In this document: positions 38,351 to 51,861 of the stretch, in pieces
How positions within the stretch are numbered: the stretch's first letter is position 1
How the letters are laid out: each line of letters starts with the position of its first letter
Assembly (NCBI GenBank): GCA_051294375.1
Contig: CM119265.1
Span: 6,147,489-6,211,488, forward strand
Reading direction: 5' to 3'
Length of the DNA stretch: 64,000 bases
Origin: Paraspadella gotoi
Lineage: Eukaryota > Animalia > Chaetognatha
The notes under the pieces: generated by a model
What the model was told of the DNA's origin: nothing
The model's database searches: none
The model's input: the letters and a program-made list of their open reading frames with translations, nothing else
Made by a program: the position numbers and the translations under genes

Positions 38351-39270
38351 GAGGAGGAGAGGAGAGACGGATAGGGGAGGAGAAGGTTGAGAGGAAAACG
38401 GAAAAAGTAGGAGGTCGACTGGATCGGCGGCGAAGCGAATCATTTTTTTTTTGAGGGAGAAGAAAAGCTAATTTTGGGGTGAGGTTGGGTGAGTAAAAAG
38501 TGGAGAATGGAGAGTCTGGTGTCTTAGACGGGGCTGATGGAACCGTTTCCGTCTACCTTCCTCGGAGGTCGTTCGACGGCGTGCGAAGAATTTCTGGTCC
38601 TAAGATTAAAAACTGCTTTACAGTTTTTTTTGAGTTAATCTCATCGACGCACGAAATCCCAAACTCCCTTTACATCCAATCCCAATTCATCTGTTTCATC
38701 CAGACTTCATTCTCATTCGTTCATCCACAGACCCTTTTAAATTCTCCCAATTTTACTCTCCATCTCCTTTTTTTGAATTCATCCACCCGGGGTCCCTTCT
38801 CATCCGCCCATACATCCCCGCATATCCATATCCATGCTCTATTTTATTCTTACAGCCGAAAAGCCAAATCCTCTCCATCAAAAAAAAAACACACAACAAA
38901 AAAACCACAACTATAACAAAATTAAAAATTAAAATAAAATTCGATCAAGCATAAATCCAACAAAACAATTCACTCACCCATTTTTCACCCTCTACTCACC
39001 CTTTCCCCCCTTTCCCCTCATTCTACCTTCGCCGCCTTCCAACTCGAATCTCGTCTTTATGGGCGGANNNNNNNNNNAAAATCACTGAAATAATTTGTCA
39101 CATCACAACCAATCTTTATCGACTTCGAAAGAGAAACCGTTTTATGGAGAGGGATAAAAAAAAAAAATCTTCTCTTAAAAGTCAGTTTGCCACAATTGCA
39201 CTATATGAACTTTAAAGTCCTCCCTTTTAGTTTAAAACTCTTATTCCACATCGTCATCCCCGGAATTCCT

Positions 39271-39548
39271 CTAAATCTTAACCTATAAATCTTGTCCTTT
39301 AAATCTAGTCACCTATATCCTGTCCTCTAAACCTTTTCCGCTAAATCTTAACCTATAAATCTTGTCCTTTAAATCTAGTCACCTATATCCTGTCCTCTAA
39401 ACCTTTTCCGCTAAATCTTAACCTATAAATCTTGTCTTTTAAATCTAGTCACCTATATCCTGTCCTCTAAACCTTTTCCGCTAAATCTTAACCTATAAAT
39501 CTTGTCTTTTAAATCTAGTCCCCTAAATCCTGTTCTCCGCTAAATCTT
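39271..39548 (+). repeat. 70-bp tandem repeat x4, made of five 14-bp subunits
   Basis: Units start at 39271, 39341, 39411 and 39481 and are nearly identical. Confidence 0.95.
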
Positions 39549-39660
39549 CTCTCCGACTGTCGTGCCGATCACAGACTGCGATCCCCCAACACCCGGCTCG
39601 GCCCCAACCCCCGTCTCTCTTTCACCTCCGCCTCGCGTCTCCGTCGTCTCCCCGATCTTA

Positions 39661-39785
39661 ATGACGTCATCGGTCGCCCCTGGCAACCGTCGTTGTTTAA
39701 GGTTGCGGCCAATAAGATTAGTTTTAGGGCAGAACGAACGACATCTCGAGGAAAAGCGGAGAAGATGTCGAACAAGATGGCGCCC
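39661..39785 (+). promoter_or_regulatory. Promoter-like motif cluster (CRE, CCAAT, YY1-like)
   Basis: ATGACGTCAT at 39661-39670, CCAAT at 39709-39713 and AAGATGGCG at 39774-39782 in a CpG-rich patch. No linked gene identified. Confidence 0.25.
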
Positions 39786-39837
39786 GTAACGGGATTTCGT
39801 TTAATGGCGAAAGAGGGAGATGGAGATGTGGGGAGAG

Positions 39838-39889
<52 letters not shown>

Positions 39890-42800
39890 TCTTGGTTCCA
39901 GAGCCTATAGCGCACGCGACAAGTCGCGACATTCTTAACTGCAAAGCGTACGTTTTTTCCTTCAATTAACAATTCCAGCGAAAAAAAAAATTATAAAATT
40001 TAAATTCCTGACATAATTACTTTCTCCCAATAACCAATCTTTCGTCGTCTTCGTCGTCCTCGTCATGGCGACCGTCATCGACACAAACGGCTCTCATACC
40101 GTCCAATTACGGGTCTTAAGGGGACGCCTTTATTGCGCAACTTGACGAGACCGAATATGGCTGAAGAGGGAGAGGGGTAAGGTTGGACAAGTGGGCGTGG
40201 AGTGGCGGGAGACGGCGACGTTAGCGAGAAGAGGCAAGACGGGTGATGGGCGGAGAACAGGTGTCGAGGGGAGAAGAGACGCCGGCCGAAATCTCGGCCA
40301 AGACGACGCTGGAGATGCTGACGCGAGATGGCGACGGTCGAGGACGAAATAGTGACGATAGATGGCGACTCTGAAAGTTGAAGAAAATGGCGGAGGTTGG
40401 GTCGGAAATATTGGAACCGAAGTCGTTTTCGAAGAAGAAATGTGTTACNNNNNNNNNNNNNNNNNNNNNNNNNTTTCTTTTTTCTTTCTCTTTTTTTTTT
40501 TCTTTTATTTTTTTTGTTTTCTGCGTATACGGATTGATGAGAAAAAATAAATAATGCCATGCGACAGGCTTATTCATTTGTAATACTGTAATCTCATTGA
40601 ACAGTCCCATCGAGTGTTTCACGCTCTGTACTACTGTGCGGGCGCTCGGAGTCGAGTATACGCCGAAGAAGTCAGAAACGATTTCCGACGAAAAAAAAAA
40701 AACTAAAGGAAACGAATAGGATTCATTTATTTTTTTCTCTTTAGAACGAAAAAATGGTCTCAGAACGCAGGCGTTGATCTTTCCTGCGTGTTGAACGTCA
40801 TATCTAATTTCGAGATTTTCTAAAGAAATAAAATTTTTCTTATATACAATCGCGCTCGACGGCATCACAGCGAAAAGTTCATGATCGCTTGCGTTTTTAT
40901 TGTTTGTTTTGTGTTTTGTTTTTTGCTTCGTTGTTGGCAGTGTTGGTTTTTGATATGCGTTTGTATTTTCTCGCGCCATTTGATAACTCATGTGAGAAAC
41001 ATAACGAGAAAGTGTGAAAACTTTAAAACAAACCATGTTTCCAAAGAGCATAAGGTTCTATGCTTATCCAAGTCCCGACCACTCGCAATCAGGTCTCATG
41101 GACGCACGCACTTGAAAATCATATACGACGCTCCGATCCCCCAACGTCGGCAACGCACTTCAGACCTCCGGCGAGCGCCGGACGCGACGCACGGCCGCCA
41201 CAGTGCGCTGTCGGTCGATGCTGTCCGACTTTTCCCAGAAGAATGACCGGAGGGCTCCCTCATGACGGAGGTTGCGGTTCAGAGATCTAGGTGGATGGTT
41301 TAGTGGGAGGAGAGGAAGAGAGAGAAAAGAGAGAGAGAGCGATGTGCAGAGAAGAGAGAAGAGAGAGAGAGAGAGAAGAGCGAGAGAAAGAGAGAGAGAG
41401 AGAGAGGATGAGAGAGAGAGAAAGAGACGTCCAGAGCGGTCCTACGTTAGACTTTTGTGGATTGAAGCCGCACGAGAAACGAAGGTAGTCCGAGAAACGC
41501 CGACGCGCGTCGATAAGGCGGCATAACTCGTCACGCGCTTGGAAGGCAGAGAAGGAAGAGAGAGAGGAAGTCACGCCACGTGAAGAATATGTGAGGGATG
41601 GGGCGTGCGCGAAGAAGATAATGTGAGACTAGGGCCTGTGCGCTTGAGCTTGGGTCGCGGGGAGGGTCGGGAGGAACCGCTGAAGTGCCAGTAAGCTAGG
41701 GTATATGGGCCAGTTACCCTCAACGGGATGAAACAAAAAAGACAAAACTTTACCAATACGAGTAAGAGAGAAAGAAAAGAGAAACAAAGATGTCCGTAGG
41801 ATCTTTTCACTTAACTGATCGCTTCTGCGATCGCTCCTGTAAAACAAAAAAAAATGATACACAGCATAAAGAATTAATGAGTCAACAAAAAAAGGAACTC
41901 AATTGAATTCTCTCGACGAAGTAACGACCTCGAGCCCTTTTTCTGCCTCTTCTTGGTCTCCCTCCGCCCCCACGCTCTCCGTCTGGGCGTGCATCCCACC
42001 GCGTCTTTTGAGGTGCGCTCGTTCCGTACACTTTTTGTTGCACACTCACTCCGATATAAAGCTCGAGGCGGCCGCGCCTTGCAGTCACCACGCCCGACAC
42101 CTATGCCCTACGACCCTTTTTTTGAAAACCCTTAATTGCCCAAGAGGGATGACAACAGGCCGCATTTGAAACAATTGATCGAAAAAACGCCATGTTGGTG
42201 ATTTATGGAAATTGGTACAACCAACTATAAAACTCAGTTCCATGATTAAGTAAAGCAGCGTGTTTGAACCTCACACTTGTACAAGATAAGACAAGTGCAT
42301 AGCAAGGCCATGAAGACTTTCTCAACTTCACGGACCTTTATAAGTTACTCGCGACCACCGCGCTTGCGCCTACGTCTGATAGACGCCTTGGTAATTCTGT
42401 TTGGCACGACTCCTTTAGTGCTGGTCGTGGTTTATACTTGATGAGGTAAGCCACCGACTATCGGGATAATAATAAACGAGCTATGTAGAAACACACAATA
42501 TAGCCGGTAGTCACGCGAATAATAATACAACTCATACAACGACACATCTATACTACGTATGCCCATAGACCTGATCAGATAGATAATCGATCAGAGATCG
42601 AGCGCATTCAAATCATGAGTGATTTTGTACTGTGATTGATCTCATTCTCGCAGCGTTGCCATCTATTATTTTTGACGAGAGTATCTCGGTGTTTAAGCCA
42701 TCAAAAGACAACGAGCTATTTATAGAAACCTGGTGTATTCTCTCTAGACCAGTACGACACCATTTATTCTGTGAGTGTGATCCGTAGCCGGTAACTGTTT

Positions 42801-44513
42801 AATCGAGTGCTGTCTGAAATATCCCCCCGTCACAGCGACATAAGGGCGCGGCGCCCATACGAATTGTGGCGTCCCTCCAGCTTTCATCGACTATAAACTT
42901 ACTCTCTGCGCCTAAAATGACTTATGTACCCGTCTAATTCCTTTCCTCGCTCCTCTGGTTAAGAGTGCCGCCGCCGCCTGCGATGTGGCCTCGTCGGTCA
43001 GCCTTCCATTCAATCCGTCTCTACGTTGGTTAATGACATGCTCTCCTCTCATCCCCCGCCGTTTCGAGTGTGTATTGAAAAGCCGTCCGTGAGGAGATCC
43101 ATATGAGTGCAGACACGAGAGAGAGAGAGAGAGTGAGAGAGAGAGAAGAGAGCAGAGGAGAGCATTAGAGAAACGAGAGAGATACGAGTGGGGCGAGCGT
43201 CGCGAAGAGATAACGCAGATGTTTAACGAAAACAATGGCTCATTTCTCTTTCTCCTTTCTCTTCTGAGAACATGCCACTTCTGGTTCAGTCCTCCTGCAT
43301 CTCTCTCTTCTCTCTCTCTTCCCTTTCTTCTCACTCTCTCTACTCTCTCTACTCTCTCTCTTCTCTGTCAATGAATCAGTGCACTCTATTCTATCAAACA
43401 AATTGACTCAATTTAATCAACGCACATCTGCATTTTTTCCTTTTTTCTCCCCGATTGTTCCTTTTAGGAAAAACCATCTAAATAGAAAGCAAGAGAAAGA
43501 GATTAGTAAGTAGTCCAAATAATACCTTCTTGTTGAGATCACTAAAATATTATACAATATCGTTGCGCTGCATAGATCGTTAATTACTTAGCCAGCTAGT
43601 ACTCCCTATGCTATTTATCTGAACTTCGCGTCGCGTTGCAAACCTGTAAGTTAAACGCATCTGAATGATTTTATAAATCTAAGATAAGTAGACAGCAATG
43701 CCATCAGCACTACACTCGACACATTCATGGCGTGGACTCTCTCGGCTACCAGAAGTAATCCGCATAATACACAACACATCATCCGACAGGCTCCCTGGAG
43801 ATATTTTACCCCACGTCCCAGCCAGCTCAATGCACACCCGTTCTCGTAAATGCAACACGCAAACACAGATAACGTAAACGTGGCATCAAAGGCGAAATAA
43901 ACTATGACTTCTACCCACGCTTCTACCCAAGGTACGTGATTTCAAAGACTCTCGGATCTGCTGCCCCAAAAAGAGAGAACGCCCTAACGAACCAGTTGTG
44001 GATAAATGCGGTGGTATGGTGACAGGGCGATACATAGGTAATCATCAAAGAGATAGAAGTACGGAGCCTATCTTAATTTCCGTATTTAATTCCGTTTTTA
44101 ACCCCGAGAGAACGAAGCGATTGACGAGCTCATCCACCGACAGCAAATCTGCCCCCCCCACGCCCCCCAGAAACAACAACTTGCGGATTAATCGAGAATT
44201 TGAAACGCAAAAGAGCATTAGACTAAAAAAAAAAACGATTAAGCCTCGGTGGGGTCTCCGGGATGAGAGGGAAAGTGAATGTCGTTATGGCCTAATTTGT
44301 TGAAAAAAAAAACCGAATATATATCCTTTTTTTGGAGTTGAGTTTTTCTTAATGGCGGTTATTTTTTTATTTTTAATATTGGTCTTTGTAGTAGATGATT
44401 TTTTTTTTTTTTTTTCTTTGAAAGATTATAAAATTATTACTAATATTGAAACGGCGGGAATAGACGAAGGATGCATCGGAGAGAGATAAAAGGAGATGAG
44501 AGAGAGGACTGAG

Positions 44514-44563
<50 letters not shown>

Positions 44564-45064
44564 AGAATGAGAGAGAGAGGCGCGTTTAATTAGATGTCGA
44601 CGGGAAAGATGAAAGTGGGAGAGTCGACGCGGAACATCTCGGACGCAACGTTCGATCCTCATTTCGGTCGCCCGTTTTCTCTCCCCGTTCATGTCCCCGT
44701 TTCTCTCCCCGTTTGCCTCCCATTCTCTCCTCGTTAGAATAGACGTTAAAATCCTCATTTCGGATTGTGTGGTTTTTTTTTTTTTTTATTTTTTTTTTTT
44801 GATTTTTTAGCGTCCATTTTTGTGTTGTGGTTCATACAGTAAATTTATTGAACGAAACACCCACCAATCCGAAAATGAGGATTTTAACGTCTATTCTAAC
44901 GGGAGAGAAACTGGGAGCAAAACGGGGAGAGAAACGGGGACAGAAACGGGGAGAGAAACGGGGACCGAAATGAGGATCGACGTTGCGTCCGAGATGTCGC
45001 GTCGACTCTCCACTTCATCTTCCGTCGACATCTTAATTAAACGGCTCTCTCTCTCTCCATTTCT

Positions 45065-45101
<37 letters not shown>

Positions 45102-45951
45102 TCTCTCTTCTCTCTTCTCTCTCTTGTCCTCTCTCTCTCTCTCATCTTCTATCTCTCTCTCTCGATCATCCTTCGGTCTATTCCCGCCGTTTCAATATTA
45201 TATAATTTTATAATCTTTCAAAAAGAAAAAAAAAAAAAAAATCATCTACTACAAAGACCAATTTAAAATTAAAAAAATAACCCGCATTAAGAAAAACTCA
45301 ACTCCAAATAAAGGAATATATTCGTTTTTTTTTTCCAACAAATGGCATAACGACATTCATTTTCCTCTCAATCCCGGGACCCCACGAGGCTTAATCGTTT
45401 TTTTTTTTTAGTCCTAGATGCTCTTTGCGTCAAATTCTCGATTAATCCGCAAGTTTGTTTTCTGGTGGTGGGTGGGGGGGGCGAATATTGCTGTCGTGGA
45501 TGACTCGTCAATCGCTTCGTTCTTCTTAAACGGATCGATTAAGAAGCTCACCTATTGGATACTATGATCGCTTCACCTCAGCTTACAAAGGTTCTAGTTT
45601 TTGGGAAGTGAATGTTTGAATATCATCGTACTTGGTAGAAGCGTGGGAGAAGTCATAGTTTATTTCGCCTTGTCCACGTTTACGTTATCTGAGTTTGCGC
45701 TTTGCCTTTACGATGACGTGTATTGGCGCGGACTGGGGCAAAATACTCCAGGCCTCGAGTGTTTATACGATACTGGTGCCAGAGATCCGATGATGTGCAT
45801 TGGCTGATGCTTGGTTACTTATCTTAGATTTATAAAATCATTCAGATGCGTTTAACTTACAGTTTGCAACGCGACGCAAGTTCAAGATAAATAGCAAGGA
45901 GTACTAGTGCTAGTAATTAACGATCTATGCAGCGCAACGATATTGTATAAT

Positions 45952-46172
45952 ATGAAATTGGTACAACCAATATAAAATTATCCATTCATTTAATAAATAA
46001 GCTATCTTGCCCCCTGACTTTGGACAGGCTTGGTGGTTTAAGCCTCCATCACTCTTACAGATAATACATAGCAGATCCTGGCCAGATTTTAATCAAGACT
46101 CCCAGAGTACCTTGGCTTCCCTATCAATGAAGTGGAAAATATATTCAAAGAATGTTCAATTGGATGAAAGAC
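45952..46172 (-). mobile_element. Penelope-like family insertion present in only one arm of the inversion
   Basis: About 220 bp of family sequence; the homologous site at about 43535-43555 lacks it. Confidence 0.75.
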
Positions 46173-46339
46173 GAGTATCTCAACAAGAGGTATTAATTTG
46201 GAACTACTTACTAATCTTTCTCTTTGCTCTATTTAGTATGTTTTTCCAAAGGACAATCGGGGAGAAAAAAAGGAAAAATCAGATGCGTTGATTAAATTTG
46301 AGTCAATTTGTTTGATAAGAAGAGTCGCACTGATTCATT

Positions 46340-46375
<36 letters not shown>

Positions 46376-47104
46376 NNNNNNNNNNNNNNNNNNNNNNNNN
46401 NNNNNNNNNNNNNNNNNNNNNNNNNNNNNNNNNNNNNNNNNNNNNNNNNNNNNNNNNNNNNNNNNNNNNNNNNNNNNNNNNNNNNNNNNNNNNNNNNNNN
46501 NNNNNNNNNNNNNNNNNNNNNNNNNNNNNNNNNNNNNNNNNNNNNNNNNNNNNNNNNNNNNNNNNNNNNNNNNNNNNNNNNNNNNNNNNNNNNNNNNNNN
46601 NNNNNNNNNNNNNNNNNNNNNNNGGGGGGGGGAGAGAGAGGAGAGCAATGTACATTAACCCAAGAGAGGACGGAATTGAATGGAAGGCGAACGACGAGCG
46701 CCAATGCAGGGGCGGGGATTTACGGAGCGAGAGAATAGAGGGAATAAAGAGGCGCAGAGAGTTAATAGGGAGAAAAGCTGGAGGGATGAATCGGTAAGGG
46801 ATGTCGTTATGGTTACGGGGGGATATAAACACTTAAACAGTTAGGTAGGATCTAATAAGAAAAACTGTTTTCTACTGGTAAAACAGGTAAAAAGTCTGTT
46901 TTTGAATGGTTAAAGACCTGGCAAAAAGATGGCAACGTCGGAATTAATAATACAGAAAAATACTTTTTGAATGGTTAGCCTTGGGCCTTGGCACTAGTGC
47001 TATGGGGTTCTCCAAATTTCCATTCGGAATTGTCAAACTGTCTAACTGACAAAACTGACAAATCCATATATATACTGGCTTGAATATAAACACAACGCAC
47101 TTAA

Positions 47105-47234
47105 GAGTCGTGATTGAAAGCTTCCAGGGACTTGCTATGTCATTATCTTGTAAGAGTGATGGAGGCCTTAAACCACCAAAGCCTTATTTATTAAATGAAT
47201 GGATACTTTTTATATTGGTTGTACCAATTTCATA
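47105..47234 (+). mobile_element. Penelope-like 3'-end family copy (noisy mirror at about 42200-42330)
   Basis: GAGTCGTGATTGAAAGCTT...GATGGAGGCCTTAAACCACCAAAGCC...TTGGTTGTACCAATTTCATAA. Confidence 0.72.
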
Positions 47235-47851
47235 AATACAACTGGCGTTTTTCATAATTGTTTCAAATCGCCCTGTTGTCATCCTCTGGGAAATTAAAGG
47301 TTTAAAAAAAAAGAGGGCATTGTGGAGGCGTGCCTTTTTTTTTGACAAAAAGAAAAGGCCAAGACGGTGAATGCCGCCCCAGACGCGACACTGTGGGGGC
47401 GGAGGCAGACAAAAGGCAGAAAAAAGGCTCGAGGTCGTTACTCGTCGAAAATTCAATGATTCCTTTTTTTATTTGACTCTTAATTCTTATTTTTATCATT
47501 TTTTTTTTGTTTCGCGAGTATTTTTTATTCTTATTGGATGCAGTCATCTTTGTTTCTCTTTTTTCTCGTTTGAAGTTTTGTCTTTTTTTTCTCTTTCACT
47601 CCCTCTCCCTCCCAAAAACCAAAGCTCACAACACCACAACCTTCTTCCGCTACCCCCATCCCTCATTCCTCCTCCTCTTCCTCCTCCTCCTCCTCTTCCT
47701 TCTCTCCTTCAAGCGCGTGACGAGGTCTTCGCTTCGCCGCGTCGCGTTTCTCGACTTTCGCTTTTTTCTCGCGACTTCATCCAAAATGCAACGCCGCTCT
47801 GGACGTCTCTTTCTCTCTCTCTCTCTCTCTTCTTCTCCTCTCGTCTCTCTC

Positions 47852-47887
<36 letters not shown>

Positions 47888-48974
47888 TCTCGTCTTTCTC
47901 CCCCCTTTCTTACAACATCACTAGATCGTCGACCGAACCTCCGTCATCGCTGCGCCTCCGGTCATTTTCTGGGAAATCGTGACAGCCCGCGACAGCGCCC
48001 ACTGTGCGGCGGTGCGGCACATTCGTCGGGCAGGCCGGCGTAAAATGCGAACTGAGCGGCGTCGGCGGAGTCTGAAGTGGTTGGCCGACGTTGGAGGCGG
48101 AGCGTCAATGATTTCAAGTGGTGCGTCCAATGAAGACCTGATTCGAGTGGTCGGGACTTGAAAAGCTATGAACCTTAGATTTTGGAAAAATGCTTTAAAG
48201 TTCTCAACTTTTCTCGTTTATTTTCAATGAATAAAAAATGGCTCGAAAATAAAAACGATAACAAAAACAAAACGCCAACAAGGAAGCAAAAAACAAAACA
48301 AAACAAAAAAAAAACCAAGGCGACATATTTCGCTGTGATGCGTGAGCGCGATTTAATAAGAAAGTTTTTATTTTCTTTTAGAAAATTCGAAATCTAATAA
48401 ATGACGTACAAGCAGAGGAAAATAACGCTCGGTTTCTTGAAATTTTTTTTTTCGTTAAAGAGAAAAAAATAAATGAATTATTCGTTTCCTTTCGTTTTTT
48501 TTTTCGTCGGAAATTCGTTTGGAATTCTTGGCGTCGCAAAAGCAAATTTATTTTTTCTCATCAATCTTTACGCCAAATAAAAAAAAATGGAAAAAATTAG
48601 ATCAAAATAAAAAGAAAAGGGAGAATACGACTTTTGATTAAAAAAAAATCGGAACAACAAAGTCAAAGACAAAATTAATCGGTTTTATTTTTCAAAAGTA
48701 ACATCAACACAAACGGGGGGAAAAAAAAGAGAGAGAGAAAAAGAAAAGAAAACTATGCGCAAATTTCCGGGTATTTTAAATGTTTTATAGTATGGTTTCT
48801 TTACTTGACGTTCTTACAATGATAGAAGCTCTGACAGTCGAAAGATTCGAAGAGAAACGATATCTTGGTCGTCAAAGATCTGTCAAGAAATCAAGCAAGA
48901 ATCTCGATTTTTAAGTGCTTGTGCTTTTTGCTTGTTTTCACAGTGCGAGATAAAGAGTTTTCAAAAGCGAAACG

Positions 48975-49251
48975 TCAAAAAATAATCTTGGCTCCATCAA
49001 GAAAAAGAAAGGCTTCGTCGAAGCGCATGGAAACGTATATCTTGCTTGGGCGCTCGTTCGAGGAAAAAGCGTTTCCGTCTCTCGAGATACATAAAGCGGA
49101 GGTGACCGGGAAATGGGTGAGGTTGTGTCGAGTAAGTTTGGGGGAAACGAGCTCCGCGAATTGGGTCAGGGTCATTCGCTCCACAATCGAGGGCCGAGGT
49201 TGAATAGGATTCGGCGGAGTCTCTCGTGCATTCATATTCGGGATTAAGTCC
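48975..49251 (-). CDS. Candidate exon, non-repetitive, unknown product
   Basis: Balanced-composition unique island after a possible acceptor (tatccttag|). Two minus-strand frames and one plus-strand frame are open for 85 or more codons. No motif recognised. Confidence 0.17.
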
Positions 49252-49739
49252 CTAAGGATAAGTCATTCTTTTCTGGATGTTACGGTTAATGCTGGTTTTA
49301 TAGTATTTTTCTGTTATATTTTGTATCCTACATGTCCTTTAAATATGTACACTTTTGTACAGAAGGCTTCATATTATAAAATCATGTTATATTTTTCGGT
49401 TCAGACAAAACTATTCCACTAACTTTAATAAAATTCGATGACGAAACACTAATTGACTATACAAAAAGAAAATTGTAAAATTCAAGCACTAAACCGAGTT
49501 AGAGGCCCCCAGGGTGAGAGCCCGAATTGTTCAAAAATCCCCCTTGGGTGCTCTATCTTAGCTCAGGGATTAAAAATCACAATTTCTATTTGTATTTCTA
49601 AGTTTGAAAGTTGATGAAAGGGAACTACAAAGGGAGAGGGAAATGTGAAAGCTGGAATTGATCAGGGTAAGTCAGAAGAGTAAGTGAGTTAGAGTAAGAG
49701 CGAAATCTGAAATGAAAGGAGGAAGCGAGAAAAAAAGAA

Positions 49740-50023
49740 GAAAGTGGAAATGGAAAGTGGAAGCGGAATAAAATGGAGGATGCGGAAATTGACGGGGAAA
49801 TGGAAAGTGGAAATGGAAAGTGAAAGCGAAATAAAATGAAGGATGTGGAAATTGACGGGGAAATGGAAAGTGGAAGCGGAATAAAATAAAGGATGTGGAA
49901 AATGACGGGGAAATGGAAAGTGGAAGCGGAATAAAATAAAGGATGTGGAAATTGACGGGGAAATGGAAAGTGGAAATGGAAAGTGGAAGCGGAATAAAAT
50001 GAAGGATGTGGAAATTGACGGGG
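49740..50023 (+). repeat. 50-bp minisatellite with 63-bp variants, about 5 units
   Basis: GAAATTGACGGGGAAATGGAAAGTGGAAGCGGAATAAAATAAAGGATGTG; some units duplicate the internal 13-mer GAAATGGAAAGTG. Confidence 0.92.
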
Positions 50024-50287
50024 TAGGCTCAACTTTGTTAACTTATCGTCGCTCTATCTCTATTTACATCTCTTGTCGCGCAATCTAAAGAATATATTGA
50101 TAAATGATTTAGTTTTGTTGCGCTTTTTTTGGGGCCTAATGGCTAATATTATTTTAATTATTCAAGTTGAGATGTTTTGCTTCCTCGGCGCCTCTCGTTT
50201 CTGTTGATGGGTTGTTGTCGTCTCGACCTCGTTTATCTGCGACCAATCCCATAATATATTATCTCCGGCCATTACTTATTTTATTAC

Positions 50288-50333
<46 letters not shown>

Positions 50334-51129
50334 NNNNNNNNNNNNNNNNNNNNNNNNNNNNNNNNNNNNNNNNNNNNNNNNNNNNNNNNNNNNNNNNNNN
50401 NNNNNNNNNNNNNNNNNNNNNNNNNNNNNNNNNNNNNNNNNNNNNNNNNNNNNNNNNNNNNNNNNNNNNNNNNNNNNNNNNNNNNNNNNNNNNNNNNNNN
50501 NNNNNNNNNNNNNNNNNNNNNNNNNNNNNNNNNNNNNNNNNNNNNNNNNNNNNNNNNNNNNNNNNNNNNNNNNNNNNNNNNNNNNNNNNNNNNNNNNNNN
50601 NNNNNNNNNNNNNNNNNNNNNNNNNNNNNNNNNNNNNNNNNNNNNNNNNNNNNNNNNNNNNNNNNNNNNNNNNNNNNNNNNNNNNNNNNNNNNNNNNNNN
50701 NNNNNNNNNNNNNNNNNNNNNNNNNNNNNNNNNNNNNNNNNNNNNNNNNNNNNNNNNNNNNNNNNNNNNNNNNNNNNNNNNNNNNNNNNNNNNNNNNNNN
50801 NNNNNNNNNNNNNNNNNNNNNNNNNNNNNNNNNNNNNNNNNNNNNNNNNNNNNNNNNNNNNNNNNNNNNNNNNNNNNNNNNNNNNNNNNNNNNNNNNTTC
50901 GGGAAAAGCATCATGGAAAATAATGGGAAACGAAAAAACAACAGACAAAACAAAAACAAAAACCGACTACAACAACAACAAAAACGAACTCCATTCACGA
51001 CAACAACAACAACAACGACCGTCCGTACGTCCGTCCGTCCGTCCGTCGGCAACTTGACTTTCGACTTCGCGATTGTTTTTCTCGTAAAAAACGAGTCTCG
51101 TTCCCAACGAATTTATCATCGCGAAATCA

Positions 51130-51737
51130 ACGACTGAAGTCAAAAGAGAATCTGAGAAGTCGGTGAGAATCAAGGACGTGGATAACGATTGCAACGACAA
51201 CAGCGACAACAACAACAGATACAACACCAACAATGACGACGGCAACGAAAACAAACGACCACGGCATTAACAAAAAGGAAAACAACAACAGCGACAACGA
51301 CATCAGCGAGAACCACGACATCAACGTCAATGAAAACAACGACAACATTGACAACAACGCAACAGCAGGGGCAACAAAAACGATATTAACGAAACACCAA
51401 CTCCAACACCCGCATTTACGACGACGAGAGGGTCGACGATAACAACAACGACGACATCGACGATTCGATCGAAATTGAAAAAAGGTTTCCCTCGTCCAAG
51501 AGATCAGCGATGATGAGGATGTTCCCGACAACGTCAGCCTTCAGCCGCTAAAACCAAAGCTGAATATGACTGGGGCGACACGCCATTCGAACGACGACGA
51601 CGATGGCAACACGACCGCCCTCGCGCGGGAAAATTCGGAAACAAAAAAAAAACCGTCAAAAACAAAAGCAACAAAGGAAGCGAAAAAAAAAAAAAATTTG
51701 AAAGAGAAGTCAAAACAAAAGCGCGAGACTATAACTA
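51130..51737 (+). CDS. Candidate N/D/T/K-rich exon broken by indels (second copy about 57120-57665)
   Basis: Merging the two copies gives a long frame ...NNDNID...TKTILTKHQLQTPAFTTT...EISDDEDVPDNVSLQPLKPKLNMTGATRH...KKK. Splice sites are unclear and the sequence is low complexity. Confidence 0.2.
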
Positions 51738-51802
51738 GGGGAGAGAGAGAAGAGGAGAGAGAGAGAGAAAGAGAAAAAAAGAGAGAGAGAGAGAGAGAGA
51801 GA

Positions 51803-51861
<59 letters not shown>

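Larger units (their letters stand above)
40490..48600. repeat. Large imperfect inverted duplication centred near 44815 (arms about 4 kb)
   Basis: 44300-44772 vs 44860-45370, 43365-43700 vs 45810-46345, and 40690-42250 vs 47185-48520 are reverse complements. The left arm is noisier. Confidence 0.88.

Noticed and set aside
37386-38443. 162-aa and 131-aa acidic/Ala/Arg-rich ORFs
   Set aside because: They are built from GCC/GTC/GAC trinucleotide runs, open in several frames on both strands, with no domain or consistent splice signals.
44772-44860. SMRTbell adapter at the palindrome centre
   Set aside because: No match to the ATCTCTCTC...GAGAGAGAT adapter hairpin is visible here or at 20955.
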